DNA of 64,000 nucleotides from Macrostomum hystrix (lineage: Eukaryota > Animalia > Platyhelminthes), in contig CATNEN010000034.1 of NCBI GenBank assembly GCA_950097015.1, positions 7,688,001-7,752,000 of the forward strand, written 5' to 3'. The translations under genes were made by a program, and so were the position numbers. Of the stretch, positions 26,769 to 37,676 are shown piece by piece. Under the pieces are notes generated by a model. It saw only the letters and a program-made list of their open reading frames with translations, was not told the origin of the DNA and did not search any database. Numbering within the stretch: position 1 is the stretch's first letter; every line of letters begins with the position of its first letter.

Positions 26769-27941
26769 ATGTCTATTGAAGAAGAGGCCAACGGAGCGCC
26801 ACCGGACCATCAGCGGGAGTATCAGCGGCAGCTTGAGGATGCAGACGTGGGCGCTGGCCAATTCACAGCTAGATCTCTTGACAGCACCTGGGATGAGAAT
26901 CGCACCGATACCACCGCATTAGACTGCGATGAGACAAGCGGCGACTGGGACTATTATCAGCGACAGACGCTGCCTCCGTTGGAAGCCGAGGACCTTGTGC
27001 GGCCGGGCCGATACGGGTCAGACAAGCAGGCTTCCACTGGCGACCGAAGACCCAGACGACTGGCCGCCTGTCACAGCCTGTCAGGCTTTGGTAACTATGG
27101 ACCTGTGTTGAAACGACAGGACAGCGCCAACTCTCCGACACTGTCCTCTATTCTGCTGGTCAAATACTACGACACGCACGACTGTTTGGGCATCTTTGAC
27201 GGTCATGAAGGGAGCCACCTCGGTGATGTCAGCCTTGCCTTGGAGCCTAATAGCCAGTTTGCTGACCTGTGCGTCAGCAATCGCTACCGAGTTGTATACC
27301 TTATCGACCAGGAAAGCAATCGAGTCTATGGCGTCGACCTGACTGGCCAGCTGCAATTCACCATCGCGAAGCGACTGTCATCCCCTGTAGCAGCCTGCTT
27401 TGACGATCGGCACTCGATGCTGTTCGTGTGTCAGCGCAGGAAGGTGCGCCTATTTCAGGCGCAGCAGCAGGACAACGAAGGCAAGCAGAGGCGTCGGCAG
27501 CGCCATCACAAATACATCGGCAGTGTCAAATCCGTCGAATTTCGCAACTTGGTCTCCGCCGCGGTTAATGACGGCCGTCTGTGGCTCGCCGACAGCCAGG
27601 CAGATCGGGTGCACGTCTATGCTGTCCGTGACGCTGGGCTGGAGTTTGTGCGCATTATCACCCTGCAGAATCCGCTCTGCGTCAGTCTGGACGCCAGCGG
27701 GAGTGCATTTATTGCGTCGGGTGAACCGCTTCACCAGATCAACGTCTTTGGACCCGATGGCTCGCATATCGGCTGCTTCGGCGGCTGGGGCTCGAAGTCG
27801 ACCAACATGAAGCTGCCAATCGGAGTCTGCGCTTACCAGTTGAGCCACCTCGTTGACAAGCGGATGGTTGTCGTCTGCTGCTTCGGCGAGCACAGCCTTC
27901 GTCTGTACGCGCTGAAGAATTCAGATACGACTGTCATTTGA
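26769..27941 (+). CDS. NHL-repeat (six-bladed beta-propeller) protein, about 390 aa, single coding exon
   Basis: The C-terminal half has NHL-like blades, e.g. HQINVFGPDGSHIGCFGGWGS..MKLPIGVC and LWLADSQADRVHVY. The N-terminus is acidic and low-complexity. Start chosen at ATG 26769; an in-frame ATG also exists at 26538. Confidence 0.75.
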   Translation: MSIEEEANGAPPDHQREYQRQLEDADVGAGQFTARSLDSTWDENRTDTTALDCDETSGDWDYYQRQTLPPLEAEDLVRPGRYGSDKQASTGDRRPRRLAACHSLSGFGNYGPVLKRQDSANSPTLSSILLVKYYDTHDCLGIFDGHEGSHLGDVSLALEPNSQFADLCVSNRYRVVYLIDQESNRVYGVDLTGQLQFTIAKRLSSPVAACFDDRHSMLFVCQRRKVRLFQAQQQDNEGKQRRRQRHHKYIGSVKSVEFRNLVSAAVNDGRLWLADSQADRVHVYAVRDAGLEFVRIITLQNPLCVSLDASGSAFIASGEPLHQINVFGPDGSHIGCFGGWGSKSTNMKLPIGVCAYQLSHLVDKRMVVVCCFGEHSLRLYALKNSDTTVI

Positions 27942-29109
27942 GATGCGATGTGTCGGTCAAATTCGCTTTTAATCTATCTGCACAGATAAAGAAATGTTGC
28001 ATTTTCACTATGCTATCGCACATCCTTGTCTAGCTAAATCGTGCGCGTTTCTTTAAAAAATATTTATATAAAAAAGAAATTTAGTATACTAATTTAAAAA
28101 GCATGCAGATCAGACTAGTTTTCTGTAAGGTCCTATATGCTTGTTCTCACATAGCAGCATTACAATACTCATGTACTGCAGTAGTTAATTGGCTTTGAAG
28201 TAAAAAATTTTGTGTATTAATTTATACAATAAATTTATGCAACGCTTGATACAATTATACAGCGTTTCAACCTTAATTTTTCGCATGAACTGTTTTACAG
28301 ACTTTTCACCCTTAAGTCTGCAACAAGTTCAATACTGTCAAAGGTAGCAGTAACAATAGTAACAGTATTTTAACAGTAAAAGTAACAACAAAAGGTAAAA
28401 ATTAGGGCATCAATACTGAAGAAACAATAATTGCGCTTTGAGGGTGGGTCGAGACCTCATCCGGCTGACGGGCGGGAGAGGCAGGTTTTTTGCCCCCTTA
28501 GTACCATTACCTAAAAATAAAGAAATGTTAATGATAAATGATAAAGTTTTCTTAATCGCGAAACCAGCTAAAATGATTTAAAATACATTAGTTTTTTTAA
28601 TTGACAATTCTATGAAACTCATAAACGGGCCCTATCTTAAACTGTAAAAAGAATCAAACTACCGGGAGGCATAAATAAGATATAAAAAAATTTATAGCAA
28701 GCCTAGCTTTTTACTTTACAGAGCTTTTAAAATAAAAAGTTTGTTTCTATGAAATTTAAAGTCTGTTTCGTTTCATGCTTATGCATCAGCACAGTTTAAA
28801 AAATACATAGACAAAGTTTTATAAAATTAAAGTTTAATTATATGAAGAAGTATTGAATTATTGATCAATTTATTTACCAAACAATTTTCCGCTTCTGTTG
28901 TACATACATACGAGCGTACATTCAATACAATTGGTTTCTCACTGTAAAAGTTTTTATAGGCCTACTTATTAATTGCGAACTTTTTAAATAAAAAGTGATT
29001 ATTGTACTTCTTTATTTTTATTCAACTCAAGTAAGGATGGGATACTAGCTGGTAGCTTTTTCAAATAGTATAGACAATGGTAACTGTGGTAGACTGGTGG
29101 CCAGCCAAC

Positions 29110-29500
29110 AGACAGGTGAGTGGCAGAGTGGTTAACACATCTGCCTCTTGCACCAAAATCCTGTAACTTGATTCTGGGACAAGGCCACATTGGGGCACTG
29201 CCAGGGAGAGAAGGCTTGGAAGCTTGTGCAACTTACTCCCTTGTGTGCCAACCTCAAACAAAGGTAGGAATTGTGAAATAGTTCACTGCCTGATGATGAG
29301 AAAGTCAGGGCAGATAATCAGATTTACACTATAGGCCTACACATCATTGTGAGAATGTGCCTATGTACAGTATCTAGGCCTATGTGTGTATACGTGTATG
29401 TGCTCAGGAGTCAGAGAAATGGGCAGAATAGCCTTCTTGTTGGCTGGCTGCAGGTCTAATGTCACCAAATGATGTGACATTGCCTAGGCTACAGCCTTCC
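29110..29500 (+). mobile_element. Diverged copy of SINE family B
   Basis: Colinear with 2095-2420 (AAGGCCACATT..GAGAGAAGGCTTGGA..CACTGCCTGA..CTCAGGAGTCAG..GTCACCAAATGATGTG). Confidence 0.8.
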
Positions 29501-30180
29501 TACAATTGTTACATTTATAAACCGGTGGTAACCAGACTATATATTACTAGTGAGTACCAGGACTGTATTCAAAACCTCTAAACCTCCAAATAGGCCTAGT
29601 TGATGCTTAGGATTGAGGCACTGCAGACTATTCCACATTGCACATTCCACATTTTAGACTATTCTGCATATTAAGTATAGACCAAGGAAGACCAGCTTCA
29701 TTTGCTAATATTGTATTGCACTTCCTTTGTAGCCTTAGTAAGTGCTCTAAGATTAAAAATAGTTCCCTTTTTTATTAATAAAACTAGCATGTGGAAAAGT
29801 GTGTAGAATAGCATGCAGAATAGCTTGCAGAACAGGGGGTTGTGATGTTTAACATACAGCTTTGGCCATAGTTGCACCTAGCCAGCTGACTTGCTAAGTT
29901 AGGGGGTTTTGCAGTTTGCCACATCACCTCTTTTGACCTTCCTAGGCTTCTTCTAATCCTATGTTAGCTGTAAATGTAAATATATATACTTAGCCATAAG
30001 CCTATATTAAAAATTAAGGCAATGTTCTACTTCTGTTCGTTATATTATTTTTTTGTTTGCAAACAACAGATAATGACAAAAAACAAGTTTAACGGTAACA
30101 AAAAGTCAGTAGTTTGGTCACACAGTTCTGAAAAGTCTTGGTTAGTCTTTCTTCTTTCAAACCGGGTAATAGTGCCTAAT

Positions 30181-30300
30181 CTAGTAGAGGAGGGCACCAA
30201 AGCTATTCTTGGGGTATAGACAGCGCCATAATAATTCTTCGAGGTGGCTTTCGAATAGAGTAGCACTCGTGCCATGCATTTGACGCAGCTTGGCCTTCCC
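30181..30300 (-). mobile_element. Possible Merlin/IS1595(ISXO2)-like transposase C-terminal remnant
   Basis: Translation GKAKLRQMHGTSATLFESHLEELLWRC.YP.NSFGALL resembles the K..L...HG.S...L.SYL.EF.WR tail of IS1595/Merlin transposases. This is from memory, and the upstream catalytic motifs were not found. Confidence 0.35.
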
Positions 30301-31389
30301 AAAATCTTCAGCTGCAGAATTTCTGTGCTTTAGCTTCCTGTTCCCCCATATTTGCCAGATTTTGCCATAGACAGATCCAAGTGTCAAGTCACAGCAAAGC
30401 CACGTCAGCACAAATTTTTCAAACTCAGAATCCACGTGTGGCACGAATACAAATGAAAAAATAATATAACAAACAGAAGTAGAACATTGCCAACATTAAT
30501 AGGCCTTGCACTTAGCATTTTATTGTTTTTTTACACTTTCTTTTGTATTTTATTATATTCTACTCTTTAAGTATATCAATAAACTATGGTAAATGGTAAC
30601 TTGTCAGATTTCTTTTCTTCAACTGGCATAGCTCTTGGCAGCTTCTATAGAGAGATAGGTCCTAAATCAATCTGTAAAATGGTATTTGCCTATATACTAA
30701 TGTAATGTGCCCATAATATTCTTGTCTAAAACTGAAACCTTTTTTGAAAAGTAGATTTTTTTGCTACTGGCTATTATCCTACTAAAGGTTATGTGTTTTC
30801 TTTTTGTTTTGCAAATTTGATATAAGCCTAGTATAGTTTATTAACATATCTTAAGGATTCTAAGCAAATAAAAAACCTTTCTAAAATGAAAACAAGATTA
30901 TTTGAATGTGTCATCAAAACAGACTACAAACTTGTTTTTGTTGTTTGGCACCTTTGAAAGTAAGCTGACTGGCTATAGGTGCAGATATCCACATTGGATA
31001 TCTGCCAGTTAATGAAACTAATGTGCATTAATTAGCATAGAGAGGTAATAAGCATAGAGATGCTGTCAATATACGCTCATAGCAAAGGCTTTGAATGAGC
31101 TAAAACTTGTAAATGTAAATATTTTTTACTTTAGATAGCAGAGCTGACATATTGTTATAAATTGTAATTAGGAGGGTAGGTTTAGTAATATTATTAAAAT
31201 TTTTAGTAGTAAAATTTTTTATATTTTGTCCTTAGAGCTAGATGCCTTTTAGGTAAGCAGCTCGAGTATCTAGGCCTTTAATTTAACAGTCGAATGCCTC
31301 GTCATCTAATTAGTAATTAATTTGTATTTTTTTCCAGCCAGCTTTGCATTGTAAATCAATCAGAGGTGAATTATAAAAGTCAGTAAATT

Positions 31390-34385
31390 ATGCCGCGCAC
31401 ATTCGAAGAAGAGCAGCAGTTCCTGGAGAAACTGACGCCCCACAGTTGGCGCATCAAGCAGGGCTTCGTTGGCAATATGCGAGTCGAAGGCGTCTTCTAT
31501 GTCAATAGCCACCTGGAGAAGCTGATGTTCGACGAGCTTCGCCAGCACTGCCGTTCGGCTGGCTACGGCGGCTTCCTGCCTGGCATGAAGCAGATTGCCA
31601 ACGTGGCCGCACTGCCGGGCATTGTGCATCGCTCGATTGGCTTGCCCGATGTTCACAGCGGCTACGGCTTCGCCATTGGCAACATGGCCGCCTTCGATAT
31701 GGACGATCCTACAGCTGTTGTATCGCCCGGCGGTGTCGGCTTCGATATTAACTGCGGCGTTAGGCTGCTGCGCACCTCTCTGTTTGAAAAGGATGTCCAG
31801 CCTGTGAAGGAGCAACTAACGCAGGTTGGACTTTTGAGGATGCTTTGCGGATGGGGCATTGTGGTGTCTAGGTATCTAGAAGTCTGAGGAGTGAGTGAGG
31901 TGTCTGAGGAGTGAGTGAGGTGTCTGAGGAGTGAGTAAGGTGTCTGAGGAGTATGCGAGGTGTCTGAGGAGTATGCGAGGTGTCTGAGGAGTATGCGAGG
32001 TGTCTGAGGAGTATGCGAGGTGTCTGAGGAGTAAGTGAGGTGTCTGAGGAGTGAGTAAGGTGTCTGAGGAGTATGCGAGGTGTCTGAGGAGTGAGTGAGG
32101 TGTCTGAAGTGTGAGTGAGGTGTCTGAGGAGTGAGTGAGGTGTAACTAGGGAGGGTAACTAGTAAAGCGAGTGAGAAGTCATTGCGCTAGCTAATTCAGT
32201 GAGGTTACTCACCGAGCAGTCAGTTCTATAGAGTAGTACTATTGTTAACTGACTCATCGCAGGCCCTGTTCGACCACATTCCTGTGGGCGTTGGCAGCAA
32301 GGGCGTGATCCCTATGGACGCGGCGGCACTCGAGGAGGCCCTGGAGATGGGCATGGACTGGTCTCTGCGGCAGGGCTACATTTGGGCCGAGGACAAGGAG
32401 CATTGCGAGGAATACGGCCGCATGCTGCAGGCCGATCCCACTAAGGTGAATGACTATTCTGGGATTTTTTTGGATTAGGAATTCGGAATAAATCAACAGA
32501 CGCTGATCCGTGTTTTAATTCCTAGGTTTAGATAATAATTTGATGCTAAATCCAGATCCCATCTACTCAATCTAGATCCCATCTACTCAATCTAGATCCC
32601 ATATACTAAATCTAGATCCTATCTACTCAATCTGGATCCCATCTACTCAATCTAGATCCCATCTACTCAATCTAGATTCCATCTATTAAATCTAGATCCC
32701 ATCTACTCAATCTGGATCCTATCTATTAAATCTAGATCCCATCTACTCAATCTGGATCCTATCTATTGAATCTAGATCACGTCTACTTGACCTAGATCCC
32801 ATCTAGAGTTTTTTAGAATCTAGAGATCCCATATTTAGAATCTAGAGATCCTATGTTTAGAATCTAGAGAACCCATATTTAGAATCTAGAGATCCTATGT
32901 TTAGAATCTAGAGATCCCATATTTAGAATCTAGAGATCTCATATTTAGAATCTAGAGATCCCATATTCAGAATCTAGAGATCCCATATTTAGAATCTAGA
33001 GATCCCATATTCAGAATCTAGAGATCTCATATTCAGAATCTAGAGATCCCATATTCAGAATCTAGAAATCCCATATTTAGAATCTAGAGATCCCATATTT
33101 AGAATCTAGAGATCCCATATTCAGAATCTAGAGATCCCATATTTAGAATCTAGAGATCTCATATTTAGAATCTAGAGATCCCATATTTAGAATCTAGAGA
33201 TCCCATATTTAGAATCTAGAGATCTCATATTTAGAATCTAGAGATCCCATGTTTAGAATCTAGAGATCCCATGTTTAGAATCTAAAACTTTTTTCACTGA
33301 ATCAAGATACCCATTAATAATGTAGAACGATCATAGAGTTTTATTTCGATCTCAATCCCAGTCACAGCCAAACCCGCTAACCAATCGCAGGTGAGCGCCC
33401 GGGCCAAGAAGCGTGGCCTGCCCCAGCTAGGCACCCTCGGGGCTGGCAATCACTATGCCGAAATTCAAATTGTTGACGAAATCTTCGACAAGACCGCCGC
33501 TAGAAAGATGGGCATTGACGAGGTTGGCCAGGTCTGCGTCATGATTCACTGCGGCAGTCGGGGCATGGGTCATCAGGTTGCTACGGACGCTCTAGTTGCT
33601 ATGGAGAAGGCAATGAAACGAGACAAAATTGAAGTAAACGATCGCCAATTGGCCTGCGCTCGCATCCAATCAGAGGAGGGCCAGGACTATCTCAAGGCCA
33701 TGGCGGCTGCAGCTAACTATGCCTGGGTTAACCGGTCGTCAATGACCTTTCTAACTAGGCAAGCATTTGCCAGGCAGTTTGGCGCCAGTCCGGACGACCT
33801 AGATATGCACGTTGTCTACGATGTGTCCCACAATATTGCCAAGGTAAATTCGCTTGTGTGTGGAAAAAATGGTATTCATAACAGCAAATCGCAATCAATC
33901 ACATACTACTCGTCATATACTACTACTCACTAAACCAGGTGGAGCGGCACTGGGTGAACGATCGGCCGCGCACACTGCTGGTGCATCGCAAAGGCTCCAC
34001 CAGAGCTTTCCCGCCTCATCATCCATTGATACCGGTTGATTATCAGCTCACTGGCCAGCCTGTACTCATTGGCGGCACAATGGGCACCTGCTCCTATGTG
34101 CTCACCGGCACTGAGCAGGGCATGCGTGAGACATTCGGCTCTACCTGCCACGGCGCCGGCAGAGCTCTCAGCCGTGCCAAATCGCGTCGCAATCTTGACT
34201 ACACCGACGTGCTTCAAGCTCTGGAGGCTAAGGGGATCAGCATTCGCGTGGCTTCGCCCAAACTGGTGATGGAAGAGGCGCCGGAGTCCTATAAGAATGT
34301 CACGGATGTTGTTGACACCTGTCACGCAGCTGGAATCAGCAAGAAGTGCATCAAACTCAGGCCTATCGGCGTCATCAAAGGATGA
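31390..34385 (+). CDS. RTCB: RNA-splicing ligase RtcB (eukaryotic HSPC117 type), 4 exons, 505 aa
   Basis: Exons 31390-31824, 32263-32445, 33391-33843 and 33939-34385, all phase 0 and GT-AG. Motifs [59 protein letters not shown] and terminal IKG. The length equals metazoan RTCB. Confidence 0.97.
31882..32143. repeat. 20-bp minisatellite (GAGGTGTCTGAGGAGTGAGT) in RTCB intron 1
   Basis: About 13 visible units. Confidence 0.92.
32550..33285. repeat. Two adjacent related minisatellites in RTCB intron 2: 21-bp (ATCTAGATCCCATCTACTCAA-like) then 23-bp (TTTAGAATCTAGAGATCCCATAT)
   Basis: Visible units; both share an ATCTAG(AG)ATCCCAT core. Confidence 0.92.
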
Positions 34386-34554
34386 TGCTTCGCCGGGCTG
34401 TGCAACATTTTTTTGGGGGTTTTGGTGACGTTAGTCTATCCGGTGTCCATTGGTTTGCACCAACACTCAAACTGTGCAACCACACTTTCCTATTGGTCCA
34501 ACGCCCATTAAGTTTCTAATTGGTTGGCAGCGAATTATCTGAGCTCGCCATTTT

Positions 34555-34900
34555 CTGATTAGTCCTCACGCCTCGATTTCTGATTGGTCGGCACCCCCTC
34601 TATGTCACGATTTCTGATTGGTCGGCACCCCCTCTATGTCACGATTTCTGGTTGGTCGGCACCCCCTCTATGTCTCGATTTCTGATTGGTCGACACCCCC
34701 TCTATGTCTCGATTTCTGATTGGTCGGCACCCCCTCTATGTCTCGATTTCTGATTGGTCGACACCCCCTCTATGTCTCGATTTCTGATTGGTCGACACCC
34801 CCTCTATGTCTCGATTTCTGATTGGTCGGCACCCCCTCTATGTCTCGATTTCTGATTAGTCGGCACCCCCTCTATGCCTCGATTTCTGATTGGTCCGCAC
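34555..34900. repeat. 34-bp minisatellite (GATTTCTGATTGGTCGGCACCCCCTCTATGTCTC), about 10 copies, each with an inverted CCAAT box
   Basis: Visible units just 3' of the RTCB stop. Confidence 0.92.
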
Positions 34901-35309
34901 CCCTCAACGTTAAGATTTCTAATAGGTTTTTTTCTGTTGTGCTACTTTTCATAACTGATATTTTCTGTTTACGCGTAAAAATGCTTATCAAAGTAAAGCT
35001 ATTGGACCATGTCATGTTACGTCTCGCATTTTTCTACTCTATTGCCAGGTTACCGTTGTGAGGAATATTTTGATGATAAGTTCAATAGCTTGTTATCGGT
35101 TTGATTTAAAAACTATTTTAGAATTTGATATTCTACCTTATTGCCAATTTGCCTTCAATGTTTTGTCTGCTAAACTATATTTTGAAGTAAAATAATAAAT
35201 ATTCGTAGTTTAATTGGTTTGCTGTTTTCTTTTATGCTTGCTTTAGCAAAAGTAAACGCTCATGTATTTTTTAATATTATTGTTATAATAGTAAACGATT
35301 AATAATAAT

Positions 35310-37460
35310 AAAGGATTTTAATTGAGTAGATAAAGGATTATACTTGAGTAGATAAAGGATTATCCTTGAGTAAATAAAGGATTATCCTTAAGTAGAAAAA
35401 TGATTATCCTTGAGTAGATATAGGATTATCCTTGAGTAGATAAAGGATTATCCTTGAGTAAATAAAGGATTATCCTTGAGTAGATAAAGGATTATCCTTG
35501 AGTAGAAAAATGATTATCCTTGAGTAGAAAAATGATTATCCTTGAGTAGACATAGGATTATCCTTGAGTAAATAAAGGATTATCCTTGAGTAAATAAAGG
35601 ATTATCCTTGAGTAGATAAAGGATTATCCTTGAGTAGAAAAATGATTATCCTTGCGTAGATATAGGATTATCCTTGAGTAGATAAAGGATTATCCTTGAG
35701 TAGAAAAAGGATTATCCTTGAGTAGATATAGGATTATCCTTAAGTAGATAAAGGATTATCCTTGAGTAAATAAAGGATTATCCTTGAGTAAATAAAGGAT
35801 TATCCTTGAGTAGATAAAGGATTATCCTTGAGTAAATAAAGGATTATCCTTAAGTAGATATAGGATTATCCTTAAGTAGATAAAGGATTATCCTTGAGTA
35901 GAAAAATGATTATCCTTGAGTAGAAAAATGATTATCCTTGAGTAGAAAAATGATTATCCTTGAGTAGACATAGGATTATCCTTGAGTAAATAAAGGATTA
36001 TCCTTGAGTAAATAAAGGATTATCCTTGAGTAGATAAAGGATTATCCTTGAGTAAATAAAGGATTATCCTTGAGTAAATAAAGGATTATCCTTGAGTAGA
36101 TAAAGGATTATCCTTGAGTAGAAAAATGATTATCCTTGAGTAGATATAGGATTATCCCTGAGTAGATAAAGGATTATCCTTAAGTAGATAAAGGATTATC
36201 CTTGAGTAAATAAAGGATTATCCTTAAGTAGATAAAGGATTATCCTTGAGTAGAAAAATGATTATCCTTGAGTAGAAAAATGATTATCCTTGAGTAGACA
36301 TAGGATTATCCTTGAGTAAATAAAGGATTATCCTTGAGTAAATAAAGGATTATCCTTGAGTAGATAAAGGATTATCCTTGAGTAGAAAAATGATTATCCT
36401 TGAGTAGATATAGGATTATCCTTGAGTAGATAAAGGATTATCCTTGAGTAAATAAAGGATTATCCTTGAGTAAATAAAGGATTATCCTTGAGTAGATAAA
36501 GGATTATCCTTGAGTAGAAAAATGAATATCCTTGAGTAGATATAGGATTATCCCTGAGTAGATAAAGGATTATCCTTGAGTAGATAAAGGATTATCCTTG
36601 AGTAAATAAAGGATTATCCTTGAGTAAATAAAGGATTATCCTTGAGTAGATAAAGGATTATCCTTGAGTAGAAAAAGGATTATCCTTGAGTAAATAAAGG
36701 ATTATCCTTGAGTAAATAAAGGATTATCCTTGAGTAGATAAAGGATTATCCTTGAGTAGAAAAAGGATTATCCTTGAGTAGATAAAGGATTATCCTTGAG
36801 TAGATAAAGGATTATCCTTGAGTAGAAAAAGGATTATCCTTGAGTAGATAAAGGATTATCCTTGAGTAGAAAAAGGATTATCCTTGAGTAGATGAAGGAT
36901 TATCCTTGAGTAGAAAAAGGATTATCCTTGCGTAGATAAAGGATTATCTTTGAGTAAATAAAGGATTATCCTTGAGTAAATAAAGGATTATCCTTGAGTA
37001 GATAAAGGATTATCCTTGAGTAGAAAAAGGATTATCCTTGAGTAGATAAAGGATTATCCTTGAGTAGAAAAAGGATTATCCTTGAGTAGATGAAGGATTA
37101 TCCCTGAGTAGATAAAGGATTATCCCTGAGTAGATATAGGATTATCCCTGAGTAGATAAAGGATTATCCCTGAGTAGATAAAGGATTATCCTTGAGTAAA
37201 TAAAGGATTATCCTTGAGTAAATAAAGGATTATCCTTGAGTAAATAAAGGATTATCCTTGAGTAGATAAAGGATTATCCTTGAGTAGAAAAAGGATTATC
37301 CTTGAGTAAATAATGGATTATCCTTGAGTAAACAAAGGATTATCCTTGAGTAGAAAAATGATTATCCCTGAGTAGATAAAGGATTATCCTTGAGTAAATA
37401 AAGGATTATCCTTGAGTAGATAAAGGATTATCCTTGAGTAGATAAAGGATTATCCTTAAG
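35310..37460. repeat. 22-bp palindromic minisatellite (AAAGGATTATCCTTGAGTAGAT), about 97 copies
   Basis: Visible units; the core AAGGAT-T-ATCCTT is an interrupted palindrome. Confidence 0.97.
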
Positions 37461-37676
37461 AAGTGTAATAAAGTATTGTTATCATTAACATTAGATTTTA
37501 CTATAATGCTACTTGCAAAAGTAGTATTTAAAGCAAATTTTGTTAGTCACATTTATAAAACATCATTATTTGCTTTCAGCCAACAAGAAGTAAGCAAAGA
37601 AAGCATTGAATCGTCTATTCTTTGCATTCTTGGTAACTAGATAAAAGTTAAAGCAAATAAAATTTCTAATCAAAAA

